Shown here in pieces: positions 51,029 to 60,491 of a stretch of 64,000 nucleotides of DNA (positions are counted from its first letter, which is position 1; the number at the start of each line of letters is the position of its first letter). The notes beneath the pieces are model-generated. The model was not told where the DNA came from. It saw only the letters and a program-made list of their open reading frames with translations, and made no database searches. Made by a program: the position numbers and the translations under genes. The stretch comes from Cytophagales bacterium (GTDB lineage: Bacteria > Bacteroidota > Bacteroidia > Cytophagales > UBA9547), in contig JAAFIH010000024.1 of assembly GCA_013297755.1 (NCBI GenBank), positions 5,977-69,976 on the forward strand. The letters run 5' to 3'.

Positions 51029-51586
51029 CTATCCTGTAATTCCTCCTGATACTACAAATTTCATGGCATCAGATACCGAAATCGAAATGACTTCTATGGA
51101 TGATTCGGCAACTATAAATACATTGCCAGTTATACCATAACTATCTGGTACATAGACTGCTACCATGCCAGTAACTCCCATTTTGCTGAGGTCTGTTTCT
51201 GTTACAAAACCTATTCTTTTTACTTTACCTTCTGTGTCTAATTTTACCAAAACTGCGTTCTTGAACTTATTGCTGCCGCCACCAAAAGCTGTAACTACAT
51301 CTTTCAATGATTTATAAATTACATTGATGACAGGTATTTTTTCTAATAAATTTAATAAAAATTCTATCAATGGTTTTGAAAATAAATTACTTGCTACATA
51401 ACCCAACAATGTAACAGAACTTACTATAATCAGCATACCTATGCCAGGAATCTCAATAGGAATCAATCCATCAATCCACTTAAAAGATACGACCAATATA
51501 TAAAAAGTTACAAAAATGGGGGCAACCAACAATAATCCACTAATAAAATATGAAATAAACTTACGAACAAAACTATTGGATTGCAT
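51029..51586 (-). CDS. DUF502 family membrane protein
   Basis: YFISGLLLVAPI, KIPVINVIYKSLKD, IGFVT, AMKFVVSGG. Confidence 0.88.
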   Translation of the reverse strand: MQSNSFVRKFISYFISGLLLVAPIFVTFYILVVSFKWIDGLIPIEIPGIGMLIIVSSVTLLGYVASNLFSKPLIEFLLNLLEKIPVINVIYKSLKDVVTAFGGGSNKFKNAVLVKLDTEGKVKRIGFVTETDLSKMGVTGMVAVYVPDSYGITGNVFIVAESSIEVISISVSDAMKFVVSGGITG

Positions 51587-51741
51587 CTTTTAACTTAATA
51601 ATATTTCAAATGTACTAAATTTTGAATATTTTATATTTAAAATTATAAAATAATAAGTTGTTGTAATTTTTGGGAAATTTAATAAAAAAAAGAAAAATAA
51701 TTTTCCCTTTACTTAAAAATATAAAATTTTAGTAATTTTAT

Positions 51742-52386
51742 TTATAAAGCCTTCAACAATTTAATTACATCCCCAGGACTTTGGCTTGCAAATACAAAAT
51801 TGCCTGCCACTAAAGCATCTGCACCAGCATTTTTTAGCCATTTACCAGTTTCCAAATTTACACCCCCATCTATTTCAATCAATGTTTTGGCGTTTTTTTG
51901 TATAATAAGATTTTTAAGTTTTTCGGTTTTTTCTACTGTTTGATTTATGAATTTTTGTCCACCAAATCCTGGATTTACCGACATTAATATAACCAAATCT
52001 ATTTCAGTAATAATGTCTTCTAGTTGATTTATAGATGTATGAGGATTGATGGCCACTCCAGCTTTGCAACCCAATTCTTTTATTTGCTGTACTGTTCTGT
52101 GCAAATGTGGACAGGCTTCTATATGCACTGAAAGGTGACTAGCACCCGCTTTTTTGAAATTATCTAGGTATTTTTCTGGGTTCACTATCATCAAATGGAC
52201 ATCTAGAGGCTTTTTGGCATGTTTGGCTACTGCCTCACATACAGGTAATCCAAATGAAATATTTGGTACAAAACTACCATCCATGATGTCTACATGAATC
52301 CAATCAGCTATACTATTATTCAACATTTCTACATCACGTTGAAGATTGGCAAAATCGGCTGAAAGTATAGATGGAGAAACGAGCAT
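51742..52386 (-). CDS. rpe: Ribulose-phosphate 3-epimerase
   Basis: SPSILSADF, HVDIMDG, DVHLMI, MSVNPGFGGQ, IEIDGG. Confidence 0.97.
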   Translation of the reverse strand: MLVSPSILSADFANLQRDVEMLNNSIADWIHVDIMDGSFVPNISFGLPVCEAVAKHAKKPLDVHLMIVNPEKYLDNFKKAGASHLSVHIEACPHLHRTVQQIKELGCKAGVAINPHTSINQLEDIITEIDLVILMSVNPGFGGQKFINQTVEKTEKLKNLIIQKNAKTLIEIDGGVNLETGKWLKNAGADALVAGNFVFASQSPGDVIKLLKAL

Positions 52387-52393
52387 TTTTTAA

Positions 52394-52435
52394 TTATTGA
52401 TTATTGATTATTGATTATTAATTATTGATTATGAA
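52394..52435. repeat. Heptamer tandem repeat (TTATTGA consensus, about 6 units) just upstream of rpe
   Basis: ttattga ttattga ttattga ttattaa ttattga ttatgaa. Confidence 0.85.
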
Positions 52436-52495
52436 AATAGCTAGACAACAAATGTTTATAGTAGTTATTAATTACTAAAAGAATAATACAAAAAA

Positions 52496-52534
52496 CAAAA
52501 GAAGTAATATTTTTATAAAATACTACTTCTTTTG
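52496..52534 (-). terminator. Hairpin terminator downstream of the TPR gene
   Basis: caaaagaagta.tattt...aaata.tacttcttttg with a U-rich tail on the minus strand. Confidence 0.7.
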
Positions 52535-52553
52535 AAATTCATTTTATTATTTC

Positions 52554-54182
52554 TTAGAAAGCCATTTTCTTTTTCATAAATTTGTAGTTTTCATCATTAG
52601 GATTTATGGCTCCTATTTTTTTCCACATTTCTACTGATTTAGGAATTTGCTTTGTATTCAAGTAGTAAGCTCCCATATAGGTATATCCTTTAATGATATC
52701 ATCCTTATATTTTGTAGCATCTTTGGCAGTGGCTACCTCTATATATTTTTCATAAAAAGGTACTGCTCCACCCGTTTTTCGATCTGTATCTATACTTTCG
52801 TTGCTGTAGGCTCTCCATTTGTGTCCTAAAACTTCGTCTGGTTTTTGAATTAATACTTTTTTGAAAACAGAATCTGCTAAGGCATATTCTTTTGCAAAAT
52901 AGTGAGCTTTGCCCCAAGTAAGTAAATCATTCAATCCTGGTTTTTTGTATTTGTAATATTTTGTATAGTATTCAGCAGCTTTTTTGTACTTTTTTTTGTC
53001 ATTAGCTATTTTAGCTAAATCATTAAAAATCTCAAATCTTGTAGTATCTTTTGCATAAGATTTTAATAAAAATTGAGCTCCTAAGGAGTCGTTTCCAACT
53101 TTATTATATAATTTTCCATAGTATTCATAATCAAGATTAATTCGTTTTGTGGTATCTTTGGCTGTTAGTTCAAAGAATTTTTGAATCTGAACAAGCCCAT
53201 TGCTAAAATTAGATTTTGCCGTTAGGGTGTCTTTGGTTGTATTTCCTAATTCGTAATTGCTATATGCTGATAACCTATATAAAATTCTATCATTGCTATT
53301 TTCTGCCAAAAGCAACTTTATTTGTTCTAAAGCTCCAGTATAATCTTCGTTTTTGAAACTCATGGTGGCAAATCTGGATTTTGACTTATAGTTACCATCC
53401 GACATTCCCAAATATTTTTTATACTCAGCAGGGGCTTGTGGCCTGTATTGTTTTAACTTAAAATATAGTTCTGCCCTTTCTCTATAAGCAGGCGAATATG
53501 CAGCATCTACTTCTATTCCTTTGTTGTAATATTTTAAAGCTTCTTCGTAATTTTTTGCTTGCAAATAAATTTTACCAGTTTTTATGTGTGCTTTGGCAAG
53601 TTTAGGGTCTTGAGCCAACACACTATTATATTGTTTTACAGCTCTAGTTGCACTTCCATCGTCTGCTATCAAATAAGCATCGCCTAGTGCTAACATATAA
53701 TCTGTATTTTTGGGAGCTAGTTTTACAGCATTTTCAAACTGAAAGGTGGCCAATTGAATATCTTTTTTGCCTTTATACAAATAGGCTTCTCCAGTTTTAT
53801 AAAAAACTTGCGCATTTTTACCTTTAGCAAGATCAGAAGCCATTTTGAATTTTTGTGCTGAAACATCCCAATTTCCTTGAAGATAAATAATTGCACCTTG
53901 ACCAACATAGTTCAAAGGATTTTTTGGGTCTAAACTTATGCCTTTATTAAAATAAGTCATGGCGCTATCCAAAGATTCTGTTGCTGAGGTATCTAATTGG
54001 CTCATTTTGATATAAAAATCGCCTTTGGCATACATATTTTCTGCATTTTCAGGCAAACTAAGAACACTTTTGCGAGCATTTGCATATTGTTCCATATCTA
54101 TAAAACGACTAACTTCTGAAATATTCTGGGCTTGTATCGAAATTGTAATTAATACTGAAAGTAATAAAATCTTATTAAACAT
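52554..54182 (-). CDS. Secreted tetratricopeptide repeat protein
   Basis: Signal peptide; multiple TPRs (LALGDAY, AHIKTGKIY...NYEEALKYYNKGIEVD). Confidence 0.88.
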   Translation of the reverse strand: MFNKILLLSVLITISIQAQNISEVSRFIDMEQYANARKSVLSLPENAENMYAKGDFYIKMSQLDTSATESLDSAMTYFNKGISLDPKNPLNYVGQGAIIYLQGNWDVSAQKFKMASDLAKGKNAQVFYKTGEAYLYKGKKDIQLATFQFENAVKLAPKNTDYMLALGDAYLIADDGSATRAVKQYNSVLAQDPKLAKAHIKTGKIYLQAKNYEEALKYYNKGIEVDAAYSPAYRERAELYFKLKQYRPQAPAEYKKYLGMSDGNYKSKSRFATMSFKNEDYTGALEQIKLLLAENSNDRILYRLSAYSNYELGNTTKDTLTAKSNFSNGLVQIQKFFELTAKDTTKRINLDYEYYGKLYNKVGNDSLGAQFLLKSYAKDTTRFEIFNDLAKIANDKKKYKKAAEYYTKYYKYKKPGLNDLLTWGKAHYFAKEYALADSVFKKVLIQKPDEVLGHKWRAYSNESIDTDRKTGGAVPFYEKYIEVATAKDATKYKDDIIKGYTYMGAYYLNTKQIPKSVEMWKKIGAINPNDENYKFMKKKMAF

Positions 54183-54202
54183 ATTTTTTTGGTTTGAATT
54201 TG

Positions 54203-54210
54203 CAAATTTA
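54203..54210 (-). promoter_or_regulatory. Putative -7 promoter box for the TPR gene
   Basis: TAAATTTG(CA) on the minus strand. Confidence 0.55.
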
Positions 54211-54440
54211 ACGAAACAATTTCATTAATGTTATAAAATAAAGAGTTTCGTTAAAATATTTTTTCATTACAAAAAATAGAATTTGTTGAACAAAATCAAC
54301 TATATCTACATTCAATCTTTGTTTTCTATTCAATTGATTTGTATCGCCAAAAAAAATATTTATTCAAATAATTCATTTATTATACAACAGCAATAATTAT
54401 ATTTTTTTAATAATTTTGGTTGCATTTAAAATATAAATTG

Positions 54441-54448
54441 TACTTTCG
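54441..54448 (+). promoter_or_regulatory. Putative -7 promoter box for mlaD-pstS
   Basis: TACTTTCG, with TTTG about 23 nt upstream. Confidence 0.45.
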
Positions 54449-54471
54449 TACCATATTCAATATTCAATAAA

Positions 54472-55395
54472 GTGTCGATTCATAAGGAAACCAAAGTAGC
54501 TATATTTGTCATTATTGCAGGCACAATGTTATACATGGGCTTTAATTTTTTGAAAGGGGTTGATTTTTTGTCCTCCACCAAACGCTACTATGCCAATTAC
54601 CCTGATGTTATGGGGCTTACAGTATCCAATCCTGTCATTGTTAATGGATTAACGGTGGGTAGAGTAAGCGATATTTCTATAACTGAGGATTCGGCTCATA
54701 CCCTAAAAGTAACGATTGATGTAAGAAAAGATGTTTCTCTAGGCGACTCTTCTTTGGCCATAATAGCAAATCAAGGATTGCTAGGCGGCAAAGCTATTGT
54801 ACTTAAAATACACCATCCCGAAAAACCATTGCCCAACAAATCTTTGCTTATTTCTCAAACTGAGGTAAGTATGATGGATAAATTGAGTACCAAAACTGAC
54901 CCAATTCTCAATAATTTTAATACCTCATTGATCAAAGTTAATGAGATAATGAATGAAAAAAATATGCAAACCATTTCTAAAATATTAACCAATTTAGAAC
55001 TTTCCACAAAAGCATTACAAACTATGATTAGTAATAATGACAAAAAAATAGGAGCTGTAATGCAAAATGTTCAAAATCTATCAAGTTCGATTGTAGAAAC
55101 CGAAAAAATGATAAAACCTATACTTTCTAAAACAAGCACTTTTGCAGATTCTCTTAACAAAATGCAGTTGGCAGCCGCTGTCAATCAGACCAACAAAGCT
55201 ATGGCCGAACTGAATAAAACGATTCAAAATATCAATGCAGGAAAAGGTTCAGCAGGAAAATTGCTAAACGATGATTCTTTGTATATTAATCTAAACAACT
55301 CTGCCAAAGATTTGGATAAGTTGATGATAGATATGCGCGAAAACCCAAAAAGGTATGTTCATTTTTCTGTTTTTGGAAGAAAAGACAAAAAATAA
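54472..55395 (+). CDS. MlaD/MCE family protein (GTG start)
   Basis: N-terminal TM, GLTVSNPVIVNGLTVGRV, GLLGGK, terminal NPKRYVHFSVFG. Confidence 0.92.
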   Translation: MSIHKETKVAIFVIIAGTMLYMGFNFLKGVDFLSSTKRYYANYPDVMGLTVSNPVIVNGLTVGRVSDISITEDSAHTLKVTIDVRKDVSLGDSSLAIIANQGLLGGKAIVLKIHHPEKPLPNKSLLISQTEVSMMDKLSTKTDPILNNFNTSLIKVNEIMNEKNMQTISKILTNLELSTKALQTMISNNDKKIGAVMQNVQNLSSSIVETEKMIKPILSKTSTFADSLNKMQLAAAVNQTNKAMAELNKTIQNINAGKGSAGKLLNDDSLYINLNNSAKDLDKLMIDMRENPKRYVHFSVFGRKDKK

Positions 55396-55398
55396 AGT

Positions 55399-56340
55399 AT
55401 GAAAAATATCCTTTACATCTTTATATTATTATTTGGAAGTTTGCTGTTTTATTGTTCTCAAAAAAAAAATAAAGCAACTGATACTGCCACGTATGGCGAA
55501 ATAAACATTGCCGCAGACGAATCTTTTAAACCCATCATTGAAGCTCAGTTGGGCGTTTTTGGTTCTGAATATTACAATGCCAAAATAAATACTTTTTATT
55601 TATCAGAAGGTCGAGCCTTTCAAAAATTAATAAGAGATAGTGTTCGACTAATTGTGGTATCTCGAAAACCCAACGACAACGAATTAAATTATTTTAAATC
55701 TCAAAAAATTGTACCCAAAATTAATAAAATTGCCACAGATGCAGTAGCCCTCATTGTGGCAAAATCCAATACAGATTCCCTCCTGACCATGTCTCAATTA
55801 TCCAAAATAATGACAGGCCAAATCAGCCAATGGAATGAAATAAATAAAAATAGCAAACTGAACAATATTGGAATCGTTTTCGACAACAACAATTCTAGCA
55901 ATTTACAACTCTTAAAATCGATATTTAATCTTACCACATTTACATCTAATGTGGCTTCGGCAGGCAGCAACGAAAAAGTAATTGATTTTTTGCAGTCCAA
56001 CCCAAACACTATTGGTGTGATTGGAGCAAACTGGATTAGCGATACAGACGACCCTGAAGTGAAACAATTTCTAAAGAAAATAAGAATTATTGCCATATCT
56101 TCTAAAGAAAATCCAACCCAAAAAGACTATATCTCGCCCTATCAAGGTGAAGTTTTTCTCAAAAATTATCCACTTAGTAGAGATATTTATACTATAAGCC
56201 GTGAATCACGTACTGGTTTGGGAACTGGTTTCAATGCCTTTATCATGGGCGAGCGTGGCCAACGCATTATTTTAAAAGCAGGGCTTGTACCTGCAATTAT
56301 GCCTTATAGAGAAATAGTTATTAAAAAGGGTATGCCTTAA
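55399..56340 (+). CDS. PstS-like substrate-binding lipoprotein (PBP superfamily)
   Basis: Lipobox-like LLFYC, IAADESFKPI, IATDAVALIV, YPLSRDIY, GLGTGF...GERGQRIILKAGL. Confidence 0.85.
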   Translation: MKNILYIFILLFGSLLFYCSQKKNKATDTATYGEINIAADESFKPIIEAQLGVFGSEYYNAKINTFYLSEGRAFQKLIRDSVRLIVVSRKPNDNELNYFKSQKIVPKINKIATDAVALIVAKSNTDSLLTMSQLSKIMTGQISQWNEINKNSKLNNIGIVFDNNNSSNLQLLKSIFNLTTFTSNVASAGSNEKVIDFLQSNPNTIGVIGANWISDTDDPEVKQFLKKIRIIAISSKENPTQKDYISPYQGEVFLKNYPLSRDIYTISRESRTGLGTGFNAFIMGERGQRIILKAGLVPAIMPYREIVIKKGMP

Positions 56341-56390
56341 TTCTAAGTTCTTTAATTTTTATATTTTAATTTTTTAAATTTAAAAACATA

Positions 56391-56427
56391 AAAAAAGCCA
56401 TTCATTATATCAATGATGGCTTTTTTT
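56391..56427. terminator. Bidirectional intrinsic terminator
   Basis: aaaaaagccat...atggcttttttt between convergent transcription units. Confidence 0.8.
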
Positions 56428-56556
56428 AATGTTATATCAAACCGAAAAATTAAGATTACATTCCTATAATTTTTCTCCCACTTGGGGAAAAATTAAAAGA
56501 AGGGTTTAAAATAAAATTGTAATATTTGTTTTTCGGTTCAAAATAATCATTCAGAA

Positions 56557-56664
56557 TTAACCTTTTATATCATGCACATTTTTACTCCACATTTTGTTTG
56601 GAAGCAGCCAGGGCGATACAATAGCTAAAGCAAACATAGCAATAATAACAAATAACATCAACAT
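56557..56664 (-). CDS. Putative 35-aa single-TM peptide downstream of sucC (not in ORF track)
   Basis: MLMLFVIIAMFALAIVSPWLLPNKMWSKNVHDIKG; codirectional with sucC, 33 nt after its stop. Confidence 0.5.
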   Translation of the reverse strand: MLMLFVIIAMFALAIVSPWLLPNKMWSKNVHDIKG

Positions 56665-56697
56665 AAGTGTATAAATTTTAAAGTGTTAATTAAATTT

Positions 56698-57912
56698 TTA
56701 GGAAGCAATAGCTTCGTTTACCAATTTAGCAGCATCTTTCAAAATAACCGCTGATTTTACTTTTAAGCCAGATTCGTTGATTACTTTTGCACCTTCTTCT
56801 GCATTGGTACCTTGTAAACGTACAATGATTGGGATAGAAATATTGCCGATTGATTTGTAAGCCTCAACTACACCAAGGGCTACTCTATCGCAACGAACAA
56901 TACCGCCAAAAATATTAATTAAAATGGCTTTTACATTTGGATCTTTCAAAATAATCCTAAAGCCTGCTTCTACAGTTTTAGCATTGGCTCCGCCACCTAC
57001 ATCCAAGAAGTTGGCTGGATCACCACCCGAAAGTTTGATAATGTCCATAGTAGCCATAGCCAAACCAGCTCCATTTACCATGCAACCCACATTTCCGTCA
57101 AGTTTTACATAGTTTAGATTACTTTCGCCTGCTTCTACTTCCAAAGGGTCTTCCTCTGTTATATCTCTGTAAGCAGCCAAATCTGGGTGTTTGAAAAGTG
57201 CATTATCATCAAAAGATACTTTAGCATCGACCGCCAAAATTTGATCATCAGAAGTTTTCAAAACAGGGTTGATTTCCATCATAGAAGCATCTGTGGCTTC
57301 ATAGCATTTATATAATTTCGATACAAAAGTTACCATATCTTTGAAAGCATTGCCTGATAAGCCAAGTTTAAAAGCTATTTTTCGAGCCTGAAATGGTTGT
57401 AAGCCCACCAATGGGTCTATCCATTCTTTAAATATCTTTTCTGGAGTACTGTGAGCTACCTCTTCTATGTCCATACCACCTTCTGTAGATGCTATGATTA
57501 CATTTTTGCCTTTGCCTCTATCCAAAAGTATAGATAAGTACAATTCTTTGGGTTGAGTAAGACCAGGGTAATATACATCAGCACCAATCAAAACTTTGCT
57601 TACCAACTTGCCTTCTGGACCAGTTTGTATGGTTTCTAATACACCACCCAATATTTGAGATGCTTTTGTTTTTACCTCATCGAGCGACTTAGCAATCATC
57701 ACACCTCTATAGTCAGTTCCTTTTATTTTACCTTTTCCACGACCGCCAGCATGTATTTGAGCTTTTACAGCCCAAAGTTTGGCACCTGTCAATTCAGTAA
57801 GTTTTTGAGCAGCAGCCATTGCTTGCTCTGGAGTTTCGGCCATGATGCCTTCTCCAATTTTTACGCCATATTTTTTTAAGACTTCTTTTGCCTGATACTC
57901 GTGTACGTTCAT
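56698..57912 (-). CDS. sucC: Succinate--CoA ligase (ADP-forming) beta subunit
   Basis: [53 protein letters not shown]. Confidence 0.98.
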   Translation of the reverse strand: MNVHEYQAKEVLKKYGVKIGEGIMAETPEQAMAAAQKLTELTGAKLWAVKAQIHAGGRGKGKIKGTDYRGVMIAKSLDEVKTKASQILGGVLETIQTGPEGKLVSKVLIGADVYYPGLTQPKELYLSILLDRGKGKNVIIASTEGGMDIEEVAHSTPEKIFKEWIDPLVGLQPFQARKIAFKLGLSGNAFKDMVTFVSKLYKCYEATDASMMEINPVLKTSDDQILAVDAKVSFDDNALFKHPDLAAYRDITEEDPLEVEAGESNLNYVKLDGNVGCMVNGAGLAMATMDIIKLSGGDPANFLDVGGGANAKTVEAGFRIILKDPNVKAILINIFGGIVRCDRVALGVVEAYKSIGNISIPIIVRLQGTNAEEGAKVINESGLKVKSAVILKDAAKLVNEAIAS

Positions 57913-57939
57913 ATTATGCTGATTATGGTTTCTGCGTTG

Positions 57940-57947
57940 CGAATGTA
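57940..57947 (-). promoter_or_regulatory. Putative -7 promoter box for sucC
   Basis: TACATTCG(CA) on the minus strand. Confidence 0.4.
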
Positions 57948-58105
57948 ATTGTAATATTTTAATTTATAAAAGTATTTTGTAAAAACCTTTGATTTTAATG
58001 CAAAATATATTTTTTAGGATTAAATAAAAGACTAAAAAACAAAATATTTACATAGTTTCTTCATAATTAAATCCCAAAACTGTACTATTAAAGTTTATAA
58101 ATTCC

Positions 58106-59521
58106 TTATTTTATTTGATGAGCAAATGCCAAAAGTTCGGTTTCATTAAAATCGTTTGCTAAAATCTGCAATCCTATAGGTAAATGATTAGAATCATTGC
58201 CAATAGGCACAGATATACCAGGCACTCCTGCAATATTTGCCGAAACTGTAAATATATCTGCCAAATACATGGCCAAAGGATCATCGCTTAGTTCACCAAT
58301 TTTGAAAGCTGTAATTGGACTTGTTGGCATAATCAAAAAATCATATTTCGAGAAAATACCATCAAATTCATTTTTTATCAAACGTCTGATTTTTTGAGCT
58401 TTGGTATAATAAGCATCATAATAACTGGCACTAAGCACATAAGTACCCAACATGATGCGTTTTTTTACTTCTTTTCCAAATCCTTCGGCCCTGGTTTTTT
58501 TGTACATAGACATCAAATCTGAGGTTTGAGAGCTGCGATGCCCAAATTTAACACCATCGTACCTCGATAGATTTGAACTAGCTTCGGCTGTTGTCAGTAT
58601 ATAATAGGCTGGGATTGAATAATCGAGCAAATCAAAACTTACAGGTTCTACTATATGTCCTTGTGCTTTAAGATTTTCAATTTGTGCAATAGTAGCATTT
58701 TTTACATCAGATTGCACACCATCGCTTTCTATACCTTCTTTAAGATAGGCTATTTTATATTTTTTTGTTGATTTTATTACTTGAGAATAATGTGGAACAG
58801 GTTTTTGAGAAACAGTGCTGTCTTTTTCATCGGCACCAGCAATAATTTCTAATACAACTGCAATATCGTCTACATCGTTTGCAAAAATACCAATACAGTC
58901 AAACGAAGAAGCGTATGCTATCAATCCCCAGCGTGAGATACGTGAATAAGTAGGTTTAAGGCCCACAATCCCACAAAATGAAGCTGGCTGACGCACAGAA
59001 CCACCTGTATCAGACCCCAAAGAAACCATACACATATTGGCTTGCACAGCAACTGCCGAGCCACCAGACGAGCCACCAGGTACTCTATCTGTATCGGCTG
59101 CATTGCGTACAACTCCCCAAATTGATTTCTCATTAGAAGACCCCATAGCAAACTCATCGCAATTTTGCCTACCTATGATGATGGCATCTTCGGCTAGCAA
59201 TCGTTCTACCACAGTAGCATTATATTGAGGAGTGTAAGTATCCAATATTTTTGAGGCTGCCCTCAAAGCATGTCCTTCGTGGCTGATTACATCTTTTATA
59301 CCAATTACTAATCCAGCCAATCGTCCAGCAGTACCAGATTTTATTTTAGTATCTACCTCTTTGGCTTTTTCAGTAGCTTCTGATTCGTAAACCTCGACAA
59401 AGGCATTGAGTAAGGTATTTTTTTGTTTAATATTTTCTAAAAAATAGGATAAAACTTGCTCACAGGTTGTATTACCAGCCAGCAAATGTTTATTTACATC
59501 TATAAAAGAATGATAATTCAT
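58106..59521 (-). CDS. gatA: Asp-tRNA(Asn)/Glu-tRNA(Gln) amidotransferase subunit A
   Basis: DEFAMGSS, PGGSSGGSA, GSDTGGSVRQPA, SSNLSRYDG, KRIMLGTYVLS. Confidence 0.96.
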   Translation of the reverse strand: MNYHSFIDVNKHLLAGNTTCEQVLSYFLENIKQKNTLLNAFVEVYESEATEKAKEVDTKIKSGTAGRLAGLVIGIKDVISHEGHALRAASKILDTYTPQYNATVVERLLAEDAIIIGRQNCDEFAMGSSNEKSIWGVVRNAADTDRVPGGSSGGSAVAVQANMCMVSLGSDTGGSVRQPASFCGIVGLKPTYSRISRWGLIAYASSFDCIGIFANDVDDIAVVLEIIAGADEKDSTVSQKPVPHYSQVIKSTKKYKIAYLKEGIESDGVQSDVKNATIAQIENLKAQGHIVEPVSFDLLDYSIPAYYILTTAEASSNLSRYDGVKFGHRSSQTSDLMSMYKKTRAEGFGKEVKKRIMLGTYVLSASYYDAYYTKAQKIRRLIKNEFDGIFSKYDFLIMPTSPITAFKIGELSDDPLAMYLADIFTVSANIAGVPGISVPIGNDSNHLPIGLQILANDFNETELLAFAHQIK

Positions 59522-59523
59522 TT

Positions 59524-59754
59524 TTATGCTTGTGGAGTGCTTGGCTTATTGTTTTCTTGGATACTATCTTGAATATTGTCTTTTATTTCTTTTGAAGCAT
59601 CTTTAAATTCTTTGATACCTTTTCCAAGACCTCGTGCCAATTCTGGTATTTTTTTTGCTCCAAATAAAAAAACAATGGCACAAAATATAAGTATAGCCTC
59701 TGTTGCTCCAAGACCGCCCAAAAATGCAAATGTGGTTGTAAGTTGTACTAACAT
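59524..59754 (-). CDS. tatA: Twin-arginine translocase TatA/E subunit
   Basis: [23 protein letters not shown]. Confidence 0.93.
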   Translation of the reverse strand: MLVQLTTTFAFLGGLGATEAILIFCAIVFLFGAKKIPELARGLGKGIKEFKDASKEIKDNIQDSIQENNKPSTPQA

Positions 59755-59773
59755 AATATTTTCTTTAAGTTCG

Positions 59774-59781
59774 CAAAATTA
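59774..59781 (-). promoter_or_regulatory. -7 promoter box for tatA-gatA
   Basis: TAATTTTG(CG) on the minus strand, 19 nt upstream of the ATG. Confidence 0.6.
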
Positions 59782-59949
59782 CAAATTAATAATTAAACAT
59801 TATTATATATGTGAATGAATTTTATATAAAGTTTATTAAAATGATGTTTTTTGTTTAACCTATTGCATATATAAAAAAAATCTTGCATTGAAATTATTAA
59901 TTTAAAACATAAAATATAAGCAAAAAGTTAAAATTATAAAATCAAATAT

Positions 59950-60423
59950 ATGGCTTATCCAAACTTAAAATTAGTAGAGGCACTACGAAAAACGGCTCAA
60001 AATCTAAAAGAGGGCAGCTTTTATTCTTGGGGAAATCAGGGGGCTTGCAACTGTGGCAATCTAGTGCAGGTTGTAACTCAGTATAGTGTCAAAGAAATAC
60101 AAACGTATGTGCAAACTTCTGGCCTTGGCGAATGGACCGAAATGGCCGAAGAGTTTTGTCCATTAACAAATACTCCTGTCAATATGCTTGTTTCTAAACT
60201 AGAATCTCTTGGTTTGTCAAGTACTGATATTCATCATTTAGAATATTTGAACGATATAAAAGTACTCAAAAATTTACCCACAGGCTTTCGTTGGTTGCAC
60301 AGAAACGTACGAGAAGACGCTATTATATATTTTGAAACATTTGCTCAGATGCTTGAAGAGGAGCTTTTGAAAAATATTGAATTGCCTGTTTTTGAAAATC
60401 AAATGGAAGAGCTTTTCATTTAA
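59950..60423 (+). CDS. Hypothetical protein with Cys/His motifs
   Basis: 157-aa ORF with normal composition; YSWGNQGACNCGNL, FCP, DIHHLE. Confidence 0.75.
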   Translation: MAYPNLKLVEALRKTAQNLKEGSFYSWGNQGACNCGNLVQVVTQYSVKEIQTYVQTSGLGEWTEMAEEFCPLTNTPVNMLVSKLESLGLSSTDIHHLEYLNDIKVLKNLPTGFRWLHRNVREDAIIYFETFAQMLEEELLKNIELPVFENQMEELFI

Positions 60424-60491
60424 AAAATAATAGGAGCTACTTTTAATATGTTTTTATCTTTATTACAATAATTTATTCTACATATTAAATC

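Noticed and set aside
56698-59521. sucC without sucD and gatA without gatB/gatC as anomalies
   Set aside because: Dispersal of these subunit genes is usual in Bacteroidota
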